In this document: positions 1 through 12,300 of the stretch, piece by piece
Position numbering within the stretch: position 1 is the stretch's first letter
Layout: each line of letters begins with the position of its first letter
Origin: Podarcis filfolensis
Taxonomy: Eukaryota
Strand: one strand, 5' to 3'
Length of the DNA stretch: 64,000 nucleotides
Assembly: GCA_964270895.1 (NCBI GenBank)
Contig: OZ185436.1
Position numbers and translations under genes: made by a program
Notes under the pieces: model-generated
Seen by the model: the letters and a program-made list of their open reading frames with translations, nothing else
Databases searched by the model: none
What the model was told of the DNA's origin: nothing

Positions 1-281
1 CTGTGTTGCAGAAAACTAGGACACTGGAAGCTCCTAAATGTCAGGGGTTGGCAAGATATATTCCTTCCCCTTGAAACTACGAAGTTTCAATCCAGGACTT
101 CCCATCTTTTACTTATTTCATGTTTGAGAACCATAGTTTGCATTTCTATCATTCCAATTTCTTTTTGAAAGCAATAGAATTAACCCAAATCTTGGGGATC
201 GCAACAGAATGCTTGTGGAATGGTTGCCTGCGGGCTGAATGAACACCTCAAAATCTACTGTCTTGTTTACATACCACTTAC

Positions 282-356
282 CTCTCTCTCACGCATTTCC
301 AAGGCTTCGAGCTCTTGCTCTGATAGTCTCGATCTCCTGTAGATGTCCATGTTTTG
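282..356 (-). CDS. RBM5: RBM5 exon 22 ([25 protein letters not shown])
   Basis: 75 nt, ataaag|CAA...GAG|gtaagt. Confidence 0.96.
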
Positions 357-3300
357 CTTTATAGGAAAAAACAATAATCAAAATTGAATAATTGAGACTG
401 GCACAGGAAGCTATTTTTTAAAAAAACGTTTTCTGATTTAAGACTACCTCACGGTTTTATTCCTAACAAGCAATATCCATAAGTAATAAAAGACTGCAAG
501 TGAGAAGCTCAATGCCACATACTATTTTGTGTATCTAAAAAGACAGACAAAATTTGTGCCCCCCCCCCAATCATGTGGGATACAACCCTGTGGGAAGTAT
601 CCCAACAGGAGACATAGACAGGCATAGTAATATTAAGAGTGCGCTCCAGCTCACACGGCCCCCCACCCCACAAAGCCAGAGCCATTCTATCATCAACTAC
701 CCTGTGGAAAAAAAACTAACATTTTTTATGTTGATATCGCTTATTGTGCTTTTTAAAATGGAGTTTAGTATTACTTAGTAGGTGAGATATAAGTAACTAT
801 AATTAAGACAACAAGGTTCGAACTACAGAAGGAAAAGAGAAACTCTCCACTTGTCTAGAATCCTCTTGACCACTTTCCATGCTTCCGCCCCCACGCCAAG
901 CCAAGAGAACAAGTTGATATTCAGTTATTTTGGGTGGCAACTATAAAATTCTGCAATATTGAGTTTATTGTTTGAAGAAGTTGATTACCTTATGAAGATC
1001 AGAGAGCTGTTGGTGCCTGACTAGAGCTTCTTTATTTGGAAACTGTCTTCTACATAACAAACAGGCCATTTTTTTCCAGTCTGTTAGTTTTTCTTCTTCA
1101 TTTTCCAGCCTTTCCAAGAAATCCTCTTCATTATCACTGTCTCCACTATAAGCAGCCACCAATCCACGCTGGAAGAGGAGTAATGTCATTTTAGCCCAAT
1201 AAATACAAGCTGCCAAGTTCTATCACACTAAAGGGCAGGTGATAGACAGTAGATTGTTATGGGCTCTACCAGGCTACTAGAGGGTTGATATAGGAAACCT
1301 CAGGCCACTGCTGTTCTACAGCTCAACATGCCTGACAAAGAGGCACCCTATGAACGTGTAAATTGCATTTGTTTCCCTGACAAGATTAGAACTCTACTGA
1401 ATGTCCCATATCCCATAACTCTCAGGTGTTGCTTTACTTCCTTTTTAGAAGGAACACCCTAAAAAGAAAGGAGTTACTGTAAAGATCAGTTTCCCAGCTA
1501 AGACCAACAAAGTTTCATCACAATGGCCAACAGCCCTTTTGCAACTCGAGATTAAAAGGGTCCCAAAATACTCCTTCCTATTTTCAGTACCTCTGTCTGC
1601 AAACTTCTAAATTATTGCATAAAGGACACGGAAGCCTAATTAATTAACATGTTTAGCTGAAATAAGACTGACCACTAAATATAAGCTTGCAAAAAAAATC
1701 AATTCTGATTCTTGCTCCATCACAAAAAGAACACGTGTTTCACAGCTCAAAGAAAGCACTCGCCAAAACTTATTTATGAATTAGGCAAGTTAACAAAAAC
1801 CTTAAACAACACTAATGTCAGTGCAAGTTTCTATTCACTCACTTTCAGTGGGTTATCATCTTCACCACCATTCTTTATAACTTCTGTTATTATCTGCTGT
1901 CTCTCAGACAAGGTACCCTGAAGAAAGAAAGAACTGTTAAGCCCAAAAAGTGTATACAATATCCTTTTAAGATATTAAATCCTACCAACCGTTACCTTTT
2001 TCTCAAACAGAGCAAAGCCAGCATCAGCTGCTGCAGATTCTCGTCTTTCTTCCTCCCTTGCATTCAGAGGCTGAAAGCTATTCTTGAAGTTCTCCTTCTG
2101 TTTGTTTAGACTCTTAGCCCAACGTTCCATGTCTTTAGCAATCTAAATAGGAAAACATTGACATAAATTAAGTCTATACCAATAAAACAAATCAAATTTA
2201 GTATCTGCATACAATACAACATTTTCCGCACCTATAGATTTCAGGTTATTCACATGCAACTCAATTTTGTCAAATGAGTTATCAAACTAGTGTGAAAAGA
2301 CATGTATTTGAAAATCTTTACATAACCAACTTAAGTGTTTAGTTCGTCATTTAAAGGTTATATTACTAAATTGCCTAGGTTCACGAGAGGTGTCATCCTG
2401 TTAGTGATTTGAGCATATTGGGACCCACTGATAGTGTAAACATGTAACCACACCTGCCTGCTTATGGTGCCAAATACTTTTAAGCTATCCAGTTTTTCAC
2501 TTAATACTGTTAATAAGACATGCAATTTTCATTACGTGATTGAAGTAAAAAGAGTGTTTTGTGTTCAAACATGCAAACTTTGATTTTATCAATTAAAGCT
2601 GTCATTCTGATCATCACCTGCTGAGCTGTTTTACTCTTGGGCTTCTCTTTCTTCTCTTTCCCTTCTTTTGTGGAAGATGCATTATTCTGATGGTAAGATG
2701 TACCCTCTGCTGCAGGCATGTAGGTCTCTTTCTCACCATCCCAGTAAAGATACTGCTGTGTTATCGCATTGTAGTAGTACTGAGGGGGGGGAAATCTGTA
2801 TGAATTCATATTTATATCCTATACATCAAGTTACCTTTCAAAAAAATAAATTTCCTCATATGCAACTCGTGTAGAGACAGATACCAAAACCAAGAACAAG
2901 TTTGAGTTAAATTTGGATTGTTATGGGTTCACATTATTAATCAACGGAGAAACTCCCTATGCAGCCTGATTTTCTGAAATATTGTCTGTGCAAACATTGT
3001 TTCAGATAAAATAAAAAAACTCCTTCCAGTAGCACCTTAGAGACCAACTAAGTTTGTTATTGGTATGAGCTTTCATGTGCCTGCACACTTCTTCAGATTG
3101 TGTCAGATAATACCAAAGATTTGAAAGACATACCAATCAAATGGCTATATGGCAGCCTGTGAACAGCACATGCATGAATGCACATGTCACTACTGCAAAT
3201 TAATACCAAGTTGGACAATTGGTACTTCTACCACAGTACTCTCCACTGACAGTAACTGTTCAAGGCCTGGGAAACAGATTACTCTGACACTCTGTTTCCA

Positions 3301-6300
3301 AAAGGTATGTACGATTTGGCACAGGTTATGACCCCATGTTATTTTTAGTTAAAAAGAGCTGCGAGCACTGTTTACCTGGGAGTTTGGATCATAATAGAGC
3401 CCCGTTACAGGATCATAATAGAAACCTGATGATTCATCATATTGGTATGTAGAAGTATCTGGAACAGCTGAAAATTTAGAAATGTGAGCTATTATTATCT
3501 GCGTGTGTTAAATCACCATTACTTAGTAGATGTCAAGAAAACCACAAATCGCAACAGTAAATATGATAAAGCAGCAGTTGTCTGGCCAACTTGCTCATAA
3601 TGAACTAGCTAGTCTCGATCAATCCTAGGTCTGAGACACCCACAGGCATCATCTGGAATTCTGCTCATAGCAATTCTGATAATTGTTCTCAACTCCCCTT
3701 TACCTGTTTTCTGTATCACTCATTTCCTTCTAGCAGTGCCTTTGCCCTTTCATTTTGCCTCCCAACCCCCAAAGGTCTTGGATATTCTCACTTCAGGAAA
3801 ACACTACAGCCGATTAAAAACAAGTTCATCCTACCCACATGGTTACTTTTGTTCTAAAAATGAGCACTATCAATACATATGAGTGTAAACTGCTGTCTAT
3901 TTTGATCATTGGAAGGGAAGTTTGCTTACCATACTTGGTGCCAGGGACCACGCCAGTTGAAGATGCTGATGGCACCTGCGCACTAGTGCCTGGCTGTGCT
4001 ACTTGAGTCTATGGGGGGGGGGGTTTAAAAACAGGATCTTTAAAAGTTGCAACTGTTCAGTAACTTAACATAAAAAACTTACACTCAGTCCCCCTCAACC
4101 TGGTGCCCTCCAAATTGTTTTTTAACTACAATTCCCACCAGCCAAATCAGCATGGCCAAAAGCAGTTAACTGAAGCTGAGGTTCAAAACATCTGGAGTTC
4201 ACTAGATCTTGAAGGCTGCCTTAAATGAACCTATTCAGTATACTATATACAGGTCAATACTTCCAAAATGGACTTTATACATGCAAGCTTTACTAAGCCA
4301 CATCAATATCTTTCAGCCAAATGTACCTTCCAAATTATTCTAAGATAAAATCTCACTCCAACAGAATACAGATTATATTTACCGGAGAATCGGGAGAGCT
4401 GTTCTGTTGATTATATAACTGAGGACTCTGGGAAACAACAGCTGCTGTAGTAGCACTTGTCACTGGAGTACCTGGCAATAGAGTTATTAAAAGTTCAGCA
4501 AAGCAATCTGAAAAACTACAATAGCACTTTGTTACTCAACTAGAGCAGGCATGGCCAAACTTGGCCCTCCACCTGTTTTGGGACTACAACTCCCATCATT
4601 CCTAGGTAACAGGACCAGTGGTCAGGGATGATGGGAATTGTAGTCCCAAAACAGTTGGAGGGCCAAGTTTGGCCATGCCTGAACTAGAGCATTTAGATTT
4701 TCTAGACTGTTCAAATGCACAAACTCATCGTTTACCCTTGTACGCCACTCTACTGAATGCAGAGACCAGCACTGAGTATTCCATACAGCTCTTGCACAGG
4801 AACATGGGTAAGTAGAATTTTACGACAGTAATAGGAAGAGGAAACTGTTACCTGATATTGTAGCTGTATCTGTGTCCAATGTTCCTGCTTGATTCTGGTA
4901 AAACTGCTGATAATCCTGTGAACACTATGCAAAGAATTAAGACAAAATTACTTGTGTGGTACATAATATAAATACACAGGCTTGGCTCTTAACAGAAATA
5001 AATTTATAGAAGAAAAGTCCTGGAAGTCATGCTCCCTGCCCTGTGGAATTTTTTCCACCCAGCTTTGGGAGGGTGGGCCTTGACTGACTCCAGCTACAAA
5101 AAGCTGAGGCTGCTGAAGAGGTTGGAGACCATTTTGGTTCTCTCTTTAGTGCAGACCCTGGGTCATCAGGCCTGAGCTGCTACAGCTACCACCCACCATG
5201 AACCACACTTGGCAGGATGCGTTCTATGCTTAAGATATTCTCTTATTAATTATGCTGTTTTAAATGTGCATTTTACATTTGACTTCCTTTAGCAATGTTT
5301 TCTTACGAAATGTTTAAGATATTTTTGTTGCATTACATTTGCATTCTGTGGTTTACTGCCTTTGTAATGTTTTATTTTGAAATCTTCAGTTTCCTGTTAT
5401 GTTGTTTTGAATGTATACTTTGACTTTCTTCAGTAATGTTTGATTCTGGATTGTTTTATTTGATGTTTTAATGTGTTGTAAACAGCTTTTGAGATTCCCC
5501 CTCGTTTAAAATATAAAGTGGTATAGAAAAGAAATGCATAATAATGATGATGTTTTCTGCCTCCTGGAGGGTTGGGGAATCTTATAGATGATGCTGTCTA
5601 AGGTTCAGCTTAACTGCAAAAAAAAAAAAAAAAAAACTGGGGAAGAGCCCAATCCGATTTTGGGATGATTCATTATCCTCCCAGAAGCTCATTGCCCCCC
5701 ATTTCATAGCCCTGGATGGGCTTTTTGGAGTGGGTGGGAAAAGAGAGGAAACTTTCTGACAACTTATTTCCGTTCACTTGTGAACCTAAGATAATATTAG
5801 TCATACGTACCTGAGTGTACTGGGTATAGCCATCCTGTCCCAGCTGGAGGTAGTTGAATTCAACTGCTCCACCTTCTCCACTTTGAGGCTATAAATTAAA
5901 GGATATGGTAAAGTAAATAAACCAAACCAAACCAAACACAAAGGCTGCTTAGATGGCTCTTAAATTGATGGAATAAAGCAAGGTCATTTACAACAATCAA
6001 TTTTAGACTCAGATCCCCTACCTGGGTTGATGACCACTGGGCTGCAGCAATGGCTGTACTAGCAACAGAGAAAGCACTGACACGATTACCATCTGGGAGA
6101 AGCAAATCCCTAAAAACAAGAAAAACATCTAAGAACATTTCACAGACAACCTGCTATCATAAAAAGCTTCAAAACACCTTTTCATTTGTTTTATCACTGA
6201 CATTTGCAAATATAGCAGCAATACCAATTTCCAATTATTTACCATTTGGAGAAAATTTGACATACATTTTAAATATGAAAGAGCAGCAGTTAATGAAACT

Positions 6301-9300
6301 CACTTCCTGGCACTCTTGGCAAAATCCACACCAATTGTTTTGCCATCTATTTTAAGAGGTGGCTGAAGACTCTGCAAAATTTGCAACAGCTGAGAAGCAT
6401 CCTAGAAAGAAATTACAGGTATTGGACAAAGCTCAAATTAAAACACAAAATTATTGCTCAGAAGGGCATTGAGCTAGGCAGGCACATCACGTGGGCTACA
6501 TACCTTTACACAAGATTTTGTCCTATTATGAGTATTAATGGCCTGATACAATGCCTTTGACTGATAAAATGACCAAACGCTGTACCCTTCTCACCACATT
6601 TAAGAAGTGTCTTGCCCACTCATCTAGTACTATGTAAGCCATAAATGTGGTACTTCAATAAGATGATCCTCCAAAAGTTGCTTTAATTCCACTACCTCTA
6701 CAAAGCTAGAGAAGGTGCGGTTGCTCAAGATGCTGCACATCTCACTGAACTGGAATACTTTTACTTTTTTCCAGTGACCATATACGAAATTCAGTCTCAA
6801 AGTGAAATAAAGTATGTTCTCACCATTGCTGAAGACAATTGTACAAAAGCAAAGCCTCTATTCTGTTGGGTCTGTTTGTCTTTAATAAGTCGAATGTTAT
6901 TTACTGCCAGTGAAGCATATGGTGATAGCGCTGTCATGATCGATTCCACTACTGTGTGAGGGGCTATGTTTCTGAGAATAAGAGCTAGGAGAACAAATAA
7001 CAAGTTATTACAAGATGCTCCATATATTACCCTTTAAGTGTAAGAACACACCAAATTCATAAATTAAAAAATATTGTATTAATATTTTGTAATAACACCT
7101 AAGGTATATGAATATAACCTAGTCATTTATATGTTACACTCACTATCACAGGAATACATTAGTAAGATGTAGTTTTAAATATGAGTACAAGCAACCCCTG
7201 ATTTATGTGGGAGTTGTGTTCTGGGTTATTGTACACAGTGGTGGAGTGTGTATAAGCTTGCCCCACCCCCTTTTCTAGCGATTTCTGGGGCGGGTGTGTG
7301 TCCCTTGGAATCACATAAATCGGTTGTTGCCTGTATGTTAGAACTTCTTAATATAAATATAAAGCTAGATAGGAGGCCTTTCCTATATGTACTAAGAATG
7401 GGGAGCAGGAAGAACCCAATAAAGAGAATCAAGTCTTATAGGAAATGACATGATTGCACGGGAGGAAACAATGAGGGGGGGAGAGTTCTTGTCTACAGAA
7501 AGGGACCCAAAAAGGGGAGGGAGAGGCAGTGAGTGAAGGGAAAACAGAGAAAACCAATTCTCAAAGTGCCAAAATGTTTTATTATGCTCAACATTTCATA
7601 ATTAGAAAATTTATTTACCAAGAATAGCTTACAAAATTACAAAGCTTTTTGAAATCTGAGAACATTTTGAAACTTGAGCCATGATGAAAAAGAAAAAGAA
7701 GAGTAATGTACTAAGGAGGGGAAGCAGAGGAGTATGTGCTCTTAGAGTGGTGGTAGAGAAAGATCAGTTTAAAAAACATCAACAGAGAAAAACATGCTTG
7801 AAGACTGAGGAAGGCGGGGAAAAGAATGGGGTAAAGAAAGCCCTGCAACAGCTGTGAGGGCTAAATTTGGGTTTCAAGTGTCCTGAGCTAAAACGACATC
7901 AATACTTCTTATAAATCTCTGGGTTACTGTGCTTCAGCACCTTGGATTTCTGCCCTATGGTCTACTCTTCTGAAATGAAAATGAAAATACTGAATCAAAT
8001 CTATGGGGATCTTGGCAGGAAATGGACTTTGTCTTGCAACACACACTTTGGCCGACCAATCCCACAGTATATGAGAAGACTTGAGACTTTACTCACTATC
8101 ACAGTAGTAGTCTACAGACTGAACAGCCTCTGGTCCTCCAGGTGGTACCTCCTGTTCTGAATCTTTATTGCAAATCAGAAAAAATAATTTTAATCATGCA
8201 GTAACTTAGGTTGTTACATCAAGACGCCTCTACTATGTCAGAGTAAGAATAACATGCATAATTTATAATTGTGAAATAAAAATATCTTTAGTTTAAGTTA
8301 CTCAAATAGAACTTACCAAATTTATCTGCTCCACAACGGAAGCATTTTAGACGCCTCCTGAAGTTGTAAAGGCAGCACTAACAAACAAACAAATCCATTA
8401 CATTTTTAGATCATTCAGCTGATGAAGCTTGCTGTAGCATACCACATCTATACCAATTAATTTAAAGTGAAACTGTTACCACATATAATCATAATCTGCA
8501 GCCTTCAGATACCAGTCTCAACAAACTTTATCTGTTCACACAAATAGCAATTCTGCAAGTAGCCTCTATAAAATAAACTAGCCTATCCTCTATAGCATTT
8601 TCTTGGCAATGCCAATCTTTCTATTGAAATATTACAGAATCACTGAATTTGGAGTAAACATTGTTCAGTGTTGAGAAGAGCTAGAGCTTACAGTTCCATC
8701 AGCTGCATGGGTCTATAGCCCTGGAACGTGCATTAAGAGCAGAGAAAACACACAGAATTTCTCATCGTTTTAGAACACTGTACCATCTCTACATGAAGCC
8801 AATAATCAGTGGCTTTTGCCTTTAAAGTTTGTTAACCTTTCTATTTTCTCATATTTATCTCCTGCTTTTCTTCCAATGTGGAACCCAGGGAAGTACACTA
8901 GTGGTTCCCAGAAAAGTCACCAAACCAGGCACTGAATACTAGACACAGACCTGCTTAGCTTCAGCAAGGAATGGCCTCACACACCTTCAGATCATTCCCT
9001 GGGTATGTATATTCTTGCTGAACTGTTTGTACTTGTTTGTGACAAGCCTTATAATTTATTTAGATTTTGCTGTAATAACTCTGAATTTTAAATGTTACTA
9101 AAATTTAAGTCACTTCCATGGGTGTAGTCAATAATGATTAATGAAGTTAAAGAGCAACTAGGAAAGATGTGAAACATTGCTTTACCTTGTTGCAAAGCCA
9201 GTCTTCAAATTTAGGCCTGGGATTACTGTAGTGCATTGCGATTTGTTTCCCTTGAATCAACAGTTTTTTCTGCAAAAAAAGCACATTTAGTTATTCCTGT

Positions 9301-12300
9301 ATCACGGCACAGATGTCCATTTTCCCATGGCAGAGCACACTTCGGAGGATTCAGTGCTCATGAATTAAATGGACAACATATGGGGAGGACGTAGAGAACC
9401 AACCACCGCCTCCTACACTCTGCCCATTCAATCCTGCAGGACACGGGCAGTAAGAAAATGGGATGTGCAGTAAAAGTAAACGAAATCAGGGAGTGTTGAT
9501 CAAGCTGCCAAAACTAAGCGCTGACATGGAACCAGGAAATGTCTCAAAGGAGACCGAGTCCTACTGGCATAGCAACACGCTTTTAAAAATATTGTCAAGT
9601 GATTGCTTCACTTCTTTCCCAACTCCAAACACCCTAGAATTTTAAAACTTCAAAACAAATGGATTGTTTTCAGTTGCTTTCTTCATGAAGCGCCCCTTGA
9701 AAGTACAGTAATTTCTCCCAAGAGGACCCTGGTTAGCTTCCTGGAGGCTGAACAAAAGGTCATGAACTGAACACACGTTCAGTATGAATCTTTTTTGACT
9801 AATTCATCGGTTCACATAAAAGCTTGTGTAAGAAATTTGCATTCTTCAGACAGTAGCTTTCTTCAAATAACTACAATGCTACTGAAATTTCACAATAGGG
9901 TACCAGTTCATTTTGCTCTCAGTGCCCCTTCAAAGTTAGATTGACGCTATAAACGATTAGCTGCTTAAATGTATACGAAGAAGCCAAGTTTCTCAACTTA
10001 AACTTTATTGATTCCTACATATACATAGTTCCCCTATCCCTCCCCTAATTTCTGTAAGCCATTAACAGCTATTCATTCAGAGAGATGCACCTTTAAGTAT
10101 GTCAAGATGTGTATGTTAAACCTAATTTTTAGCTAAAATATTACGTCAGAAAATAAAGTTCTAAATATAAATGGCATGAAGAAACTTATAGGGTGCAGAT
10201 TTCATCCTTTTATTGCTAGAGTAGGCAAGTAAGGGGAAGGTTGAAGGACCCAGAACAAACTGGGTTATGCACACACAAGTTGCTGGCATATTTACACTAA
10301 ATCATGTTTGTCTGACAGTTAGCATCAGGGCCACTGGGGAGACTTGACTACTTTTCCCTAATGCTAGAGGATGTGTGGTTATTTTTTGGAGTGAATTTGA
10401 AATTTATTCAGTAAGATGAATACTGATATAGCTTTGTATATGTCAAAAATTGTGCAGAGTTTACTAGTAAATCCAGTTAATGTTAATTCAGGCACCCATC
10501 TGTGCCACCAATGCATGCTATGAACACCATAAAAGTCATTTAATGCATGCAAGGATTAGGTACTCTTTCAGCTTAAGTGTTGTGGTGGTTGCCCATGATT
10601 TGAAGTCCAGAGAAATACTCATTATACTTCTGGTTATTGGATGTCAGAAGTGGAAAAATTCAGCATTTTCAATCTTGTTTTTAAGCCACAATAATTGTAT
10701 TTCTGCTCTTTATAGATTTTTAATATCTCCACCAGCTGCATAGGTCTAGCTTAACAGCAATTCAGTGGGAGAGAAGTTTTGCTATGAAAAACTGAAGTAT
10801 TAGTAATCCAGAAGCATACCAATGCACTGGAAATAAGCAGGGAGATATTTCACTATTATTTTAATTACAATTTTTTGTTGATTACATGTTGATTACATTT
10901 GTTGATTACACAATGTTCCACTTTCATTTGTTAAGTCATATTGAAAAGGCACATGCGTTACTATAAAAGTGCAGCTGCAGTTTAATAGACTGCCCTTTCA
11001 CAGCTAGTGCTAGCATAAAGCACATACAGTATTACTGCATTCAGAAAAGCCTGTATGGTTTGAAACTTGAGAAGTTACTATGGAAATAATGTTTAGAGAC
11101 CAAATCAGTCAGGTAAAATGCTACGTTATTATCAGAATAGTAATCTGCTGGTTTTATAACAGGCAGTTTGGCAAATCTACTGGGGCTCTCTAGCACTATA
11201 ACACATTTCGAAAATTTTAACATATACAAAGCTTTTAATCTTTAGGAAGTCATGGTTTTGGAACAAACCACTCCTTCAGCCTTTCATTTATTCCTTTTTA
11301 AAAACTGTACAGACTTGTTCCATTTTCAGGAATAATNNNNNNNNNNNNNNNNNNNNNNNNNNNNNNNNNNNNNNNNNNNNNNNNNNNNNNNNNNNNNNNN
11401 NNNNNNNNNNNNNNNNNNNNNNNNNNNNNNNNNNNNNNNNNNNNNNNNNNNNNNNNNNNNNNNNNNNNNNNNNNNNAGTTCCTTTAAAACAGGTGAATCT
11501 CTCTCCAACTGCTTCATTACTTCATGACAAAGCAGTTTTATAAATGCGACGTCAACTCTGAATTTGCTTCTTGTTTTGCCATGGCAAGGAAACCAAGCTG
11601 CCTTAACACCTGAATGGGATCCATGTTTAAAGGTAACCATGCAATGAACTACTAAAGTTTAAAAACAAATTAACAGTAGGTGTTACTTACCATACCCTTT
11701 AATATATAAAAATCTGAAGGCTTCTTCCACTATCTATAGCCTTTCAAAAGGCTAAATTCCTTACCCATGGCAAACCTTTCATTCTGATTGTACTTGCAGG
11801 TGTGGGGAAAACGTTTTAGGCCTGGGGAAGAGGAAGGTACTGCCAAAAAAATAGGTTAACACTCTCACCTGTCTTTCTCTTCATCAGCCTCACATCCGCA
11901 GGCCGAGGGCCTTCACAGGACTCAATGATCTCGCGAATCTGTATGCAAGTTTAATTTTTTAAAAAACTATTAATATTAAAAATTGAGTGCTTTTCAAGAT
12001 TATATAAGCTGTTTCAGCATTTATTCTAATGCAATCCAAATATTCTAAATAGTTAAGTATTAATAGTTAAGTATTACTTACATCATAGTCTGTAACAGTG
12101 ATAGGGAGCCCACGCAACATGATGGTCTTGCTTTCTTTCTCATCATTAATGTCATTTCGATAGTCATGCTCTCCATAGTCCCCATCAGAATGATATCCAT
12201 CTTCTGATTTGTCACTATTACGCCGCTCGCGTTCACGCTCTCGCTGCCAAGTAAGCATGTGTTTTAGCAAGCTAACTCTATAGCAGTTTCTCCATTAAAA

